A stretch of 64,000 nt of DNA from Candidatus Micrarchaeota archaeon (GCA_026982895.1 JALWQW010000030.1:14115-78114); one strand, 5' to 3'; positions 35,643-44,652 are shown, counted from the stretch's first letter. Notes: generated from the letters alone by a model not told the origin. Program-made: numbers and translations.

Positions 35643-36512
35643 ATGTTTGATGAAAAGAAAGTTAGATATAAGAGTAGGCTGAAGAAAAGAATTCACAACG
35701 AGCTTTACTCGAAGACATATAAAGATATTAAAGCAAGGCTCAGAGCCTATAAAATAGATTATTCACGAGGCATAGAAGAAATTATAGGCATACGCCTGCA
35801 TAGATTGTCGAGAGAGCAGAAGATAGAAGTGGAAATGGCTGCAAGAGAAAACTTCGACGAATGGCTAGAGAAGGGCATTATAATTTTACATAAGCGAGTA
35901 TATTGGACAGACGAAAAAATATGGACTGCTCTCGACACATTTTACAGCACATTCGGCAAAATCATGGACTTAAAGGAAATAGGCGCACCGGATTTCGATA
36001 AAGTGGGTTTGATGGGTCTTCTTGGTCATAAATTCAATGGCAGCCCTTCTGAAGCTTTAGAGTATTATTTAGGCGAAGTGAAAAAATGGCAGATGAGAAA
36101 GGCTCCGCCAAATAGCTATGCTGAAATAGATGCCCTGCGTGAGATTGTGAGGCATATAATGGAGGAAAGCAAAAAGAACGTCACCGATATAACGAGAGGG
36201 GACTTTATCAAAAGGGGCTACAAAACCCTCCTAAAAACATACGGCGGAGTTTATAACGTAATAAGCAAGCTGCCAGAATACAAACACATCAAATGCTACG
36301 ATATGAAGCGCGTTGGAAAGGACTGTGAAATAGACGCCGTTGAAATCATCAAAAGGCTCATGAAAAAAACAGGAAAGAGTTTAAACGAGCTAAGCCAAAA
36401 GGATTTCGTAAACGATAGATTGGGGCATAAAGTGTTCAAACGATATGGACGCAATTTGGGCAAGATTAAAGAATATTTCCATCAAAAGGTTGAGAGGGCT
36501 GATGGCGAATGA
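35643..36512 (+). CDS. hypothetical protein (289 aa) with three ~55-aa helical repeats
   Basis: Repeats begin at WTDEKIWTALDTFYSTFGK, EIDALREIVRHIMEESKKN and EIDAVEIIKRLMKKTGKS. The stop overlaps the dph2 start by 4 nt. Confidence 0.5.
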   Translation: MFDEKKVRYKSRLKKRIHNELYSKTYKDIKARLRAYKIDYSRGIEEIIGIRLHRLSREQKIEVEMAARENFDEWLEKGIIILHKRVYWTDEKIWTALDTFYSTFGKIMDLKEIGAPDFDKVGLMGLLGHKFNGSPSEALEYYLGEVKKWQMRKAPPNSYAEIDALREIVRHIMEESKKNVTDITRGDFIKRGYKTLLKTYGGVYNVISKLPEYKHIKCYDMKRVGKDCEIDAVEIIKRLMKKTGKSLNELSQKDFVNDRLGHKVFKRYGRNLGKIKEYFHQKVERADGE

Positions 36513-37435
36513 GAGTTTTACTGCAATTCCCAGAAGGGCTTAAACAGGAGGCTTTAAAATATGCAAAAATTTATGAAGAAAAGGGCATAGAGATTATAAT
36601 TTCTGCAAGCCCTTCCTTCGGCGCCTGTGACCTAGCCATAGACGAAGCTAAGAGAGTTAATGCAGATAAATTAATTCATTTTGGGCATCTGCCCTTTTTG
36701 AAGCAGCCAGTCGTAGAGGGAATAGAAGTCGAATACATTCCTTATTATCTAGACGCCAGAGCAGACGTGCCTGCGAAGATTATGGGGAAGGTTAAGGAGA
36801 GGGGTTATAAAAAAATAAGCTTGGGCACAACGGCGCAGCACATGCATCAATTCAAGGAGTGGGTTAAGAGCATCGAGAGTGAAGGTATAGAAGTCGTCTA
36901 TAAAAAAGGCAATTTTACATTCGAAGCAGGGCAGATACTAGGATGCGACGCCGAAGCTGTAAATGTTGAAAGCGACGCCGTTTTTATTGTTGCTGACGGA
37001 CTCTTTCATCTAACGGCGCTGAGCCTTATTGATATGGATAGAGATATCTATTGGGTACATCCGTACAATGGGGAGATAAAAAATGGCAAAGAAATCATAG
37101 AGCAAACAAAAACAATGAGGAAAAGGAGCTTAACTTCGGCTTTTTACGGCAAGACCTTCGCCATCCTTGTATCTACAAAACCCGGACAATACAGGCTTGA
37201 ATGGGCAAGAAAGCTAAAGGAAAGATTGGAGCGACTGGGAAAAAAAGCACACATTCTTGTGGCAAACACATTCAATCCAGAGAGCCTGACAAATTTCAAC
37301 GCCTTTGACATATATATAAATACAGCTTGCCCACGTCTATCAGAAGACAAGGAACTATTTAACAAGCCCATTATAAGCGAGCCTGAATTGAGCCTATTTT
37401 TGAAGATGCTCGAAGAGAATCAAAATAGGGAATAA
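36509..37435 (+). CDS. dph2: 2-(3-amino-3-carboxypropyl)histidine synthase (diphthamide synthesis Dph2)
   Basis: VLLQFPEGLK, SFGACDL, GTTAQHMHQ and INTACPRLS motifs. Confidence 0.85.
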   Translation: MRVLLQFPEGLKQEALKYAKIYEEKGIEIIISASPSFGACDLAIDEAKRVNADKLIHFGHLPFLKQPVVEGIEVEYIPYYLDARADVPAKIMGKVKERGYKKISLGTTAQHMHQFKEWVKSIESEGIEVVYKKGNFTFEAGQILGCDAEAVNVESDAVFIVADGLFHLTALSLIDMDRDIYWVHPYNGEIKNGKEIIEQTKTMRKRSLTSAFYGKTFAILVSTKPGQYRLEWARKLKERLERLGKKAHILVANTFNPESLTNFNAFDIYINTACPRLSEDKELFNKPIISEPELSLFLKMLEENQNRE

Positions 37436-38214
37436 CCTCTATAATCATCGCCCAACTTGAAAAATCTGGCAGCGTTCTCAGTAGTTTTAAGCTCGACTTC
37501 TTTTTCCGGGAGCCCTTTTATAGACGCTATCTCCTCGATGACGGCCTTCACTTCAAGAGGGCTCTTCGCTATATACGGAGCATCTGTTTCTGTAGTGAAG
37601 CGCTCTATGCCAAAGTGCTGGATGGCCTTTTTCTTCTCCTTGCTCTTCCATGTATTAAGCGATATTAGGGGACGATTATCTGCCAAAGCTTCAACATGCT
37701 TCACTTTGCACGAAAATGAATGAAACATTATTCTGCCATAAAAGCCAAAGTCCTTTATAGTGGTTACGAGGTCGTCACAACATCTCCGGCAATGTAGGAC
37801 TATGGGCAAAGAAAGCCGCTCTGCCAAAGCCATCTGCACTTCAAAGGCCTTTAACTGCTGCTTTTTCCTCTCATCGGTATCGGCCCATTTGTAATCCAAG
37901 CCAATCTCGCCTATGGCAGACGGTTTTTTAGCAGATACGAAATTTAGCCACTCCTCGAAATTTTCCAATCCCTCGTCAACAACTGTTTGAGGGGCTATGC
38001 CCAAAACATAGGGCAAATTATGAGTAGAAGCCAATTCATAAGCAGCCACATTCGAGGCATGGCTGTATCCCACAATTATAGGAAACACTTGCCGCTGTTT
38101 AAGGGCTGAATTAAAAGCTTCACGACCTATGAACTTTGGGAAATCCTGTAAGTGAATATGTGCATCTATGGCCATATTAGTTAAGAAAACAAAACTATTT
38201 TTAAAGGTTTTCAT
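37420..38214 (-). CDS. TatD-family metal-dependent hydrolase/DNase
   Basis: DAHIHL, GEIGLDY, VLHCR, FHSF and ETDAPY. The likely start is Met14 at 38175 (MAIDAHIHL), 23-30 nt from the A/T box at 38196-38207. Confidence 0.8.
   Translation of the reverse strand: MKTFKNSFVFLTNMAIDAHIHLQDFPKFIGREAFNSALKQRQVFPIIVGYSHASNVAAYELASTHNLPYVLGIAPQTVVDEGLENFEEWLNFVSAKKPSAIGEIGLDYKWADTDERKKQQLKAFEVQMALAERLSLPIVLHCRRCCDDLVTTIKDFGFYGRIMFHSFSCKVKHVEALADNRPLISLNTWKSKEKKKAIQHFGIERFTTETDAPYIAKSPLEVKAVIEEIASIKGLPEKEVELKTTENAARFFKLGDDYRGYSLF
38196..38207. promoter_or_regulatory. A/T box shared by the divergent TatD (start 38175) and 38224 genes
   Basis: tatttttaaagg lies centrally between ATGs 49 bp apart. Confidence 0.55.
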
Positions 38215-38223
38215 GCATAATAT

Positions 38224-38928
38224 ATGTTTATGAGCTTAAAACAAAAACTTAAAGCAGCAAAATCTAAGATTAGAGATTTTAAGGGCGTAAAGTTTAAAGA
38301 CATTCGACAAGCATTTAAAAAGCAGAATATAATGTTAGAAATAGCTGCTATGGTGATTGCAGCAGGCACGGCATTCGGTGTTTATGAGACAATCCATGAT
38401 TATCAAAGAGTTAAGCAGGCAGAAGTACAGCTTAACGTAGTGGCAGAAAAAGTAGGTGCTCTTAAAGCAGATGAACAATTTATAGACATAGTCTATGGCA
38501 ATATATTCACAAAAGAAGAAAAGAAAAAGTTGGCGGAGTTCTTGGAGTATTACCATGACATGATAGGCGCTGATATTGGATTGGGTGCGCCAGAAGTTAT
38601 GGAAATAATAGAGACAACCCCTCTCGACAGATATAAATATTACAAAGAGCTCGATTTGAGCGTATCGGCAAACTTAAATGCAGCAGAAGTATTGAAAAAC
38701 CTTAAACCAATCTCATACCCAGCCAGCTTAAGCAGTGAAAGTGTAAAAGATATTATGGAGATGAGCGATGCCCATGAAAAAAGCATGAATACTATCAAGG
38801 CGACGATAATTAAAATGTTCTCAGAAATAGATGGCAGCGAGGAAATATACAAAAAAATAATGAAGAAAAGAGGTTCCTTGTCTAAAGTAAGGGACTTTGT
38901 CGACAATGAAGTAAGGTCTAATTTTTAA
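38224..38928 (+). CDS. hypothetical membrane-anchored protein (234 aa)
   Basis: Single TM (MLEIAAMVIAAGTAFGVY). Shares the A/T box with the divergent TatD gene. Confidence 0.5.
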   Translation: MFMSLKQKLKAAKSKIRDFKGVKFKDIRQAFKKQNIMLEIAAMVIAAGTAFGVYETIHDYQRVKQAEVQLNVVAEKVGALKADEQFIDIVYGNIFTKEEKKKLAEFLEYYHDMIGADIGLGAPEVMEIIETTPLDRYKYYKELDLSVSANLNAAEVLKNLKPISYPASLSSESVKDIMEMSDAHEKSMNTIKATIIKMFSEIDGSEEIYKKIMKKRGSLSKVRDFVDNEVRSNF

Positions 38929-39484
38929 TTACTTCTTTTACTTTTTTTAGCTGCTCTTCGATTTCTTCCCTTAACGACGGATTATAGAGAGCAGCGGCCG
39001 GATGATAAGCAACCATTAGATACTGCTTCCCAAACAATGTGCTAAAGGGCAGAAGTTCGCCCCTTACCTGGGAGGGCTTCTTTTTGACACCATACTTTTC
39101 AAGGAGATAACCGCCGCTGTGCCTACCAAGGGCAACGATTACTTTTGGCTTCATTAGAGATAATTGGATGTCAAGCCAAGGCGAGCAGAGAGCTTTCTCA
39201 TTGTCTGTTGGGTCGCGATTGTTAGGAGGACGGCATTTTACTATGTTTGTTATATAAACTTCTGAACGAGGAAGGCCTATCTTATCCAATATACTGTTCA
39301 AAAGCTTCCCAGCTCTACCGACAAAAGGCTTTCCTGTCAAATCTTCTTCTCTGCCCGGCGCTTCCCCTACAAATACAACCTTGGAATTTTTAGGCCCTTC
39401 ACCAATAACTTTTTGAGTGCAGGTTTCATAAAGGGAGCACTTTTGGCACGCCTTTATAGATTCTTCTAATTCTTCCCAATTCAT
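38918..39484 (-). CDS. udg: uracil-DNA glycosylase, family 4
   Basis: CQKCSLYETC, VVFVGEAPGREEDLTGKPFVGRAGKLL and HPAAALYNP. The start is placed at Met33 of the track ORF (39484), 4 nt after the upstream gene's stop. The track start at 39580 would overlap that gene by 92 nt. Confidence 0.85.
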   Translation of the reverse strand: MNWEELEESIKACQKCSLYETCTQKVIGEGPKNSKVVFVGEAPGREEDLTGKPFVGRAGKLLNSILDKIGLPRSEVYITNIVKCRPPNNRDPTDNEKALCSPWLDIQLSLMKPKVIVALGRHSGGYLLEKYGVKKKPSQVRGELLPFSTLFGKQYLMVAYHPAAALYNPSLREEIEEQLKKVKEVIKN

Positions 39485-39488
39485 AACA

Positions 39489-40163
39489 TCACTCCACAAA
39501 AAATTCATGGACTTGGCGCGTCCATTTGCAGTACTCACATCTCGGCGACGGAGATGGAATATTAGGACTTTTGAGCACATCCAAGACTTCTTTAAAGAGG
39601 GCCTCGCCCCTTTCAGGCAGGACTTCGATTTTTTCTAATTTTGTCGAGAAGGTTATATGTCCTGTGTTAGACAAGCCTATGGGCCAAAAGAAAAGTATAT
39701 ATGCATAGGGAGAAACATCCATGCCGTTTTTATGGAGGAGAAAATTGTAGAGCTCCATCTGCCTCTTGTATTGGGCATAGACCTGTGTATTGGAGTTGCC
39801 CTTTGTTTTATAGTCGAGAACTGCTATCTTGCCTTCGACAAGCAACAAATCATCGACGGCTCCGAAGAGGATATTGCCTTCATCATCCTGCCATCTCAGC
39901 CCTCTCCTACTGTCTCTCCACACCTCCAGCTTTTTTATATCAGGAAAAAGCGAGGCTTTGCCATCCAAACTTGACAGCTCGGGAGGGAGCTCCCTTCTAG
40001 CCCTAAAAGCGTCGAATTTCTGCTTGAGTATTCTATCTATACCTGAAGGCAAAGTCGGGAAAGGGGATGGCGGCCTGCGAATGCCTTTATTAAAGAGAAG
40101 CCAAAAGCAGCGAGGACAATCGAAATACAAGCTTATCGAGGAGGGAGATAATTTGAAGGGCAT
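39489..40163 (-). CDS. PD-(D/E)XK nuclease, Cas4/RecB-like with Cys cluster
   Basis: N-terminal SPSSISLYFDCPRCFW, core GAVDDLLLVEGKIAVLDYKT (D...D/ExK) and C-terminal CEYCKW. Confidence 0.65.
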   Translation of the reverse strand: MPFKLSPSSISLYFDCPRCFWLLFNKGIRRPPSPFPTLPSGIDRILKQKFDAFRARRELPPELSSLDGKASLFPDIKKLEVWRDSRRGLRWQDDEGNILFGAVDDLLLVEGKIAVLDYKTKGNSNTQVYAQYKRQMELYNFLLHKNGMDVSPYAYILFFWPIGLSNTGHITFSTKLEKIEVLPERGEALFKEVLDVLKSPNIPSPSPRCEYCKWTRQVHEFFVE

Positions 40164-40235
40164 ACTGGCTTAAAGGCCGAAGGAATTAAAAGGCTAATCG
40201 GAAAGGTTAAAAAGGAACATACTCAAAATAAAACT

Positions 40236-41753
40236 ATGGATGGCGAAGATAAATTTGCTGTTAAGTTAGGGAGGAAAGAGATAAAATTCACAAATGACGA
40301 ATACGATGCTTATAACATGGGAAGAAATTTGTCAGAAGAAAGAGGAATAAAATTAAGCACTGCAGCGTGGCAGCTCATAGGGCAAGGCATAAACGGAGAG
40401 CGTAGAATTGTAGCTCTCGGCTTTGAAGGAACGCGTAACGGGCAAAGTGCTGAAGAAAGAGCTCAAAAAGCGGCGGAATTATTAAGAGATATAGGTTTCC
40501 GCGATGTAAGGATTACGAGCGATAAAAACGGCAAGCACTTCGATGTTGTGGCTAAAAAATTCGATATAGGCACATTCAAGAGAAGATACGCTGATTGGAA
40601 GAGGCGTACAGAAAAAACATACACAGCAAGCGTATTCACAGGCATGGAAAGAGCGGGATTGAAATTCAACGGAAGTTATGGTTATTTCCAAGATATATTG
40701 ACAAGGGACGCAGAAGAGTCTGCAAGAATGATGTGGTTCAATTACAAGGATAAAAATAAAGCAGAAGATATGCTAAAACAGTTGAAAAAGGCAGGTATTG
40801 TTGAGAATTACGCCTTTCAAGAAGTAGGTGGCTCGAAACAAGTGCTTGTAACCTTTTCAAATCCACATAGAAAGACAGTGCGAGGTAAAGTTAAGACAGG
40901 CTTCACAACACAGGAATACAGTGAAGTTGTACATCTCAGCGAGGGAGAATATATAAATAATCTAAATGAAAGGCTGAAAAAATTTAAAGGGAAGAGTGTG
41001 CCCTTTGTCAAGCCAATGAAGACAATAAATATGCCAGCGGCGAATATAACTATCAATGAAGAGAAGAAAAAACGCGTAGTTAAAAAATCAACACCCTCTA
41101 GAAAAACAAATGTGAAACCTGCTGTTAAAATTGCCGCCAGAAAACCGAGCACTAAAAAAAGGCAAGTGGGAAGCACAAAGAAAAAACCTGGCAAGAAAAC
41201 AAATGGATTCGGCATAGATGTAAATTTAAGTGATTTAGGCCCTGATGAGGAGGAGATAGATAAAATGTTAGAGCAACAAGGACAAATCAATAAAAAGAAG
41301 AGAGTACCTGAAGGACTATACAAAAGAAGAGGAGGTGCTGTAGAATCAGCAGATATCGGCAATTTAAATATAGGGCCTGGAAAAAGAATAAATCTAAAGA
41401 AGAATATAACACGAGTAGAGAGCAACTTAGAAGATAAAAAATTTAATCCAATGGTGAAAAATAAGGGATATTTAACATATGTTAGTGGGAAAATTATAGG
41501 CGATTTGAATAAAGCGGGAATTAATGGCAGCGCTCTTAAAGGCGTTACAATACAAGGCACAGTAGGTAATGATGGGCATTTTAAAAACTTAAAAATACAT
41601 GTTAACATAGTCGCGCCTGAAGGCAAAGAAAAGGAAGTAGAAAAAATAAAAAAGAAGTGGGAAAAGGAAATGCGCCAAACCATAATGAAAAATTGGGTAT
41701 TTGGCAGTGATCATTATGGAGATAAGATTAATGAGAGTTATGGCTTCATGTAA
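40236..41753 (+). CDS. hypothetical protein (505 aa) with central Lys-rich segment
   Basis: Long ORF with an A/T box at 40205-40215. Central segment KKKRVVKKSTPSRKTNVKPAVKIAARKPSTKKRQVGSTKKKPGKK. No family recognised. Confidence 0.55.
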   Translation: MDGEDKFAVKLGRKEIKFTNDEYDAYNMGRNLSEERGIKLSTAAWQLIGQGINGERRIVALGFEGTRNGQSAEERAQKAAELLRDIGFRDVRITSDKNGKHFDVVAKKFDIGTFKRRYADWKRRTEKTYTASVFTGMERAGLKFNGSYGYFQDILTRDAEESARMMWFNYKDKNKAEDMLKQLKKAGIVENYAFQEVGGSKQVLVTFSNPHRKTVRGKVKTGFTTQEYSEVVHLSEGEYINNLNERLKKFKGKSVPFVKPMKTINMPAANITINEEKKKRVVKKSTPSRKTNVKPAVKIAARKPSTKKRQVGSTKKKPGKKTNGFGIDVNLSDLGPDEEEIDKMLEQQGQINKKKRVPEGLYKRRGGAVESADIGNLNIGPGKRINLKKNITRVESNLEDKKFNPMVKNKGYLTYVSGKIIGDLNKAGINGSALKGVTIQGTVGNDGHFKNLKIHVNIVAPEGKEKEVEKIKKKWEKEMRQTIMKNWVFGSDHYGDKINESYGFM

Positions 41754-41771
41754 TCGGCGAGGATAACATAG

Positions 41772-41781
41772 GTTTTTAAAC
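41772..41781 (+). promoter_or_regulatory. TATA-like A/T box for tRNA-Tyr
   Basis: gtttttaaac, 26-35 nt upstream of the mature 5' end at 41807. Confidence 0.6.
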
Positions 41782-41806
41782 ATTGCTCTCATATAAAGAG
41801 AGTATT

Positions 41807-41900
41807 CCCGCCGTAGCTCAACGGTAGAGCGCCCGGCTGTAGTTTGCCACTGCTATAAGCGGTCACCGGGAGGTTGGGGGTTCAAATCCGCCCGGCGGGA
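41807..41900 (+). tRNA. tRNA-Tyr (anticodon GTA) with 22-nt intron (41843-41864) at canonical 37/38 position
   Basis: Acceptor CCCGCCG/CGGCGGG with the C1:G72 pair typical of archaeal tRNA-Tyr. D arm GCTC-AACGGTA-GAGC, anticodon stem CCCGG/CCGGG with loop CTGTAG^A, and T loop TTCAAAT. The intron is flanked by two 3-nt bulges (AGT, TCA) separated by a 4-bp helix CTGT/GCGG. One G-G mismatch in the T stem. Confidence 0.85.
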
Positions 41901-41906
41901 TACATA

Positions 41907-41911
41907 TTTTT
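41907..41911 (+). terminator. oligo-T tract downstream of tRNA-Tyr
   Basis: A T5 run starts 7 nt after the discriminator base. Archaeal terminators are typically oligo-T tracts. Confidence 0.4.
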
Positions 41912-41996
41912 ATTCCAAATAATCTCTAAAGAGTAATCATATATGTTTTTTCTCCAAGAAAAATAAAGAGATAAAAATAAATCACTTAAAAATAGG

Positions 41997-43490
41997 TTAC
42001 TTCCTTCTCTTAGCAAGCGCCTTGCTTTGCTTTACAAGTTCGCGTATCTTCTTCTTCGTCTCTTCGAGCTCCTTGGCTATTTTCTCCTCAGCATCTTCTA
42101 GGTTTTCTAGTTCTTCAGTAGCTTCGTCGGCAACATTGGAAAGCGCCTCCATATATTCATCCAACGCCGCCTTCTCAGCCTCTTCTAAAACCTTGCTAAG
42201 CTCTTCCTTGCTGCTCGTAGCTTCTGTCTTAACCTTTTTCATCTTGTCGAGATAATCTTTAAGCACTGAATCCACTTTGCCTTCAACATCTTCAAGCTGT
42301 CGCAATTTAGCATTCAGCTCCTTGAAGCTCTTCTCTTTGGCAGAAAGGAATTCCTGCATAACCTCAAGGTGGTCTTCAATAATGTCCTTTTCCTTGCGCA
42401 ACTTCTTTAAATTATCAGTCTGCTTCATAAGCTGGCTTGCTAAATTATCGATCTTAGCAGAGACTTGAGATATAGCCGCTTCTAAAGCGCTCTCCTCTTC
42501 GCTTATTGTCTTCAAAAGCTTTTCGCTCCTGTCAAGCTCAGTCCTGTACTGCTTAATCATATCTTCCGTCGAGGAGATGTCCTTGGAAAGTATTCTCTCC
42601 TTCTTCTTTATCTCATCCTTAACAGCGTCAATGTCAGCCCTTATATCACTTTCCACTTTATCAGCTTCTTTAATGAGATGGTTAAGCTTCTTTTCCATCT
42701 CCGCCAATGTATCATAAACATTCTCGACATGAGGGCCAAATTTCTTCAATTTTATAATGCGCTCCTCCAAATCCAAAACTGCATCGATAATAGCGTTGAG
42801 CTTTGCCTCGCTGCTCTTCAAGACCTTGTGTGCTTTGACCTCCAATAAAAGCTTTCTCTCCTTCTCAAGCTCAGCCATGCGCTTCCTAAGAGCCTCGACT
42901 TCCTTTGCAATAGACTTCAAATCTTCCAATTCAGCAGAGACATTTACAGCCTTTCTGCGAGGCCTCACCTTGGGCCTTTCAACTGCCTTCTCGACGAGCT
43001 TCTTCTTAGGTTCCTCTTCAACTTCATGAACCCCTTCTGCTTCTTCGATGACTTCCCCCCTCTCCTCGCTCTTGGGCTCCTCTGCAACCTCTTCTGCCAG
43101 GATAGCCTTCTTTTCCTCAACGGCTTTTTCTTTCGAGAGGCTTGGCCTCTTGCTTTTGGTAGGTTTCAGCCTGTTCTCCTCCAAGCTAACCTCCAAAGCC
43201 TTCTCAGCACTCTCGATGACCTTCTCTTCAGGCACTCTTATAGCCTCTTCGCCGCCTTCAGAAGAAGATTCGTCAATATTTTCCAAAAGCCAATGGACAT
43301 AAGTTTTTGTGAGCTTGTATTCGAGCTTGATATAACCCTCCTGCTCAAGGATGGTGAGCCACCTCTTAACGACGATGGGGCTCATACCCAAATCCTTGCT
43401 TATCTCTTCAACAGTTGTTTTGCCTTTTTGGGATATGTATTTGACTAACCTATCTACATCCGTATTAATGGAGATGTCCTCCATTTCCAT
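41997..43490 (-). CDS. winged-helix (HTH) + long coiled-coil protein (497 aa)
   Basis: N-terminus KGKTTVEEISKDLGMSPIVVKRWLTILEQEGYIKLEY is wHTH-like. The remaining ~400 aa are E/K-rich with heptad-like repeats. The 5' end overlaps the rpl10e 3' end by 26 nt. Confidence 0.6.
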   Translation of the reverse strand: MEMEDISINTDVDRLVKYISQKGKTTVEEISKDLGMSPIVVKRWLTILEQEGYIKLEYKLTKTYVHWLLENIDESSSEGGEEAIRVPEEKVIESAEKALEVSLEENRLKPTKSKRPSLSKEKAVEEKKAILAEEVAEEPKSEERGEVIEEAEGVHEVEEEPKKKLVEKAVERPKVRPRRKAVNVSAELEDLKSIAKEVEALRKRMAELEKERKLLLEVKAHKVLKSSEAKLNAIIDAVLDLEERIIKLKKFGPHVENVYDTLAEMEKKLNHLIKEADKVESDIRADIDAVKDEIKKKERILSKDISSTEDMIKQYRTELDRSEKLLKTISEEESALEAAISQVSAKIDNLASQLMKQTDNLKKLRKEKDIIEDHLEVMQEFLSAKEKSFKELNAKLRQLEDVEGKVDSVLKDYLDKMKKVKTEATSSKEELSKVLEEAEKAALDEYMEALSNVADEATEELENLEDAEEKIAKELEETKKKIRELVKQSKALAKRRK

Positions 43491-44013
43491 TATTTATCGC
43501 CTCTTCTACAACCTTCCAGTTCCCACTGAGCTTCCTGCTGGCTTTTCTCAAACCAGTGAGGGCAAACTCACGGAACTGAGAGTAAGTATAAATAGTGACT
43601 ATGGGCTGCCCCTCTCTAACGAGAGCCGCTCTGCCTGTCGGCTTTCCAAAAGCCCTGCGCATACCCTTCTGAATACGGTCCGCTCCTGCACCGCTAACCA
43701 TCTTGTTTTCTCTTATTATGTGATGTGGATATACACGAATAAGCAGAAGGTATTTTCCAGATGTCTGTTTATCCATCACACGATTTATTGCTATACGAGC
43801 GCTCTCCAAGGCATTATCCCTATGATAGAAAGTCTGCCTAGCCACGAGGTGGAATGCAACCTCATAATCGGGCAAAACCTTACCCACCTGCAAATGGTGG
43901 AGGTGCTTGTGGGGATCTACCTTTATGTAGTTCTTCGTCATGTTGCGCCTACTCTTCCTAGTATATGCTCTCTTATCGGGATCACGAATACTTCTTGCCG
44001 GTCTCAAAGCCAT
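43465..44013 (-). CDS. rpl10e: 50S ribosomal protein L10e (uL16)
   Basis: MALRPARSIRDPDKRAYTRKSR...AFGKPTGRAALV. GGAAAGGTGA Shine-Dalgarno-like element 5 nt upstream of the ATG. Confidence 0.88.
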   Translation of the reverse strand: MALRPARSIRDPDKRAYTRKSRRNMTKNYIKVDPHKHLHHLQVGKVLPDYEVAFHLVARQTFYHRDNALESARIAINRVMDKQTSGKYLLLIRVYPHHIIRENKMVSGAGADRIQKGMRRAFGKPTGRAALVREGQPIVTIYTYSQFREFALTGLRKASRKLSGNWKVVEEAINNGNGGHLH

Positions 44014-44100
44014 AATTTCACCTTTCCTATATTTTTAGACATACAGCTTTTAAATATGTTTGTCCCAACCAAACCAAAAGGCTCGATAGGGGTAAGCGTT

Positions 44101-44652
44101 ATGGAAAGAACATATTATAAAGGTTTCCTTTTCATCGCAGTTATATTGCTATTCGTAGTTTTGCTCAGCGCGGGCTGTATAAGAAAGCCAGAAGATACAC
44201 TAAAAGAAGACTGCAGCGCTTATCCTAAGGATGTGCAGCCAAACTGCTATTATGAACAGGCGATGGCCCACGCTATGAAAAACGATGCTAAGGAAGCTGT
44301 AGCCAAATGCACTAAAATATACAATGCCTCAAAATCAACGGGCGTAAAGGATTGGCTAAAGAGGCTTTTCCAAACATCGACCATTGAATATTATAACGAC
44401 TGCATCAAAAAAGTGGCGTACTTTACCCAAAACAAAACCATATGCAAGAATTCAGTTAATATAGGCCTTTGGCAAATGCTATTGCCTAAAACAGCAAACC
44501 AAGAGGATAATTGTGAAGAGTATGTAACAAACCAAAAAGACAACGAAGAGCGCATGATAAAAGACACCGTCTCAAATTTCTATGGAAAATGGCTGGGTAT
44601 AAGCACTACAGGCTCAGGCAGTTCTGGAAAGAGCGACGATGAGAAGGATTGA
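44101..44652 (+). CDS. putative lipoprotein (183 aa), Cys-containing
   Basis: MERTYYKGFLFIAVILLFVVLLSAGC (signal peptide plus lipobox-like Cys). Only the 3' third of track ORF 43351..44652 is taken as real. An alternative start at 44056 overlaps an A/T box. Confidence 0.55.
   Translation: MERTYYKGFLFIAVILLFVVLLSAGCIRKPEDTLKEDCSAYPKDVQPNCYYEQAMAHAMKNDAKEAVAKCTKIYNASKSTGVKDWLKRLFQTSTIEYYNDCIKKVAYFTQNKTICKNSVNIGLWQMLLPKTANQEDNCEEYVTNQKDNEERMIKDTVSNFYGKWLGISTTGSGSSGKSDDEKD

Noticed and set aside
40817-41683. 288-aa minus-strand ORF rich in F/L/S/P
   Set aside because: It is the antisense shadow of the K/E-rich 505-aa plus-strand ORF. The low-complexity hydrophobic composition is what the reverse complement of Lys/Glu codons produces.
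41876-41892. tRNA-Tyr as a pseudogene because of the G-G mismatch in the T stem
   Set aside because: All other stems, the C1:G72 identity pair, the T loop, the promoter, the oligo-T terminator and a perfect BHB intron are intact. A single mismatch is insufficient to call a pseudogene, but it is flagged for checking.
43351-44100. The 5' two-thirds of the 433-aa plus-strand track ORF 43351..44652
   Set aside because: It runs antisense to rpl10e and to the start of the coiled-coil gene, and its composition looks like shadow-frame sequence. Only the part from ATG 44101 (signal peptide plus lipobox) looks like a real gene.
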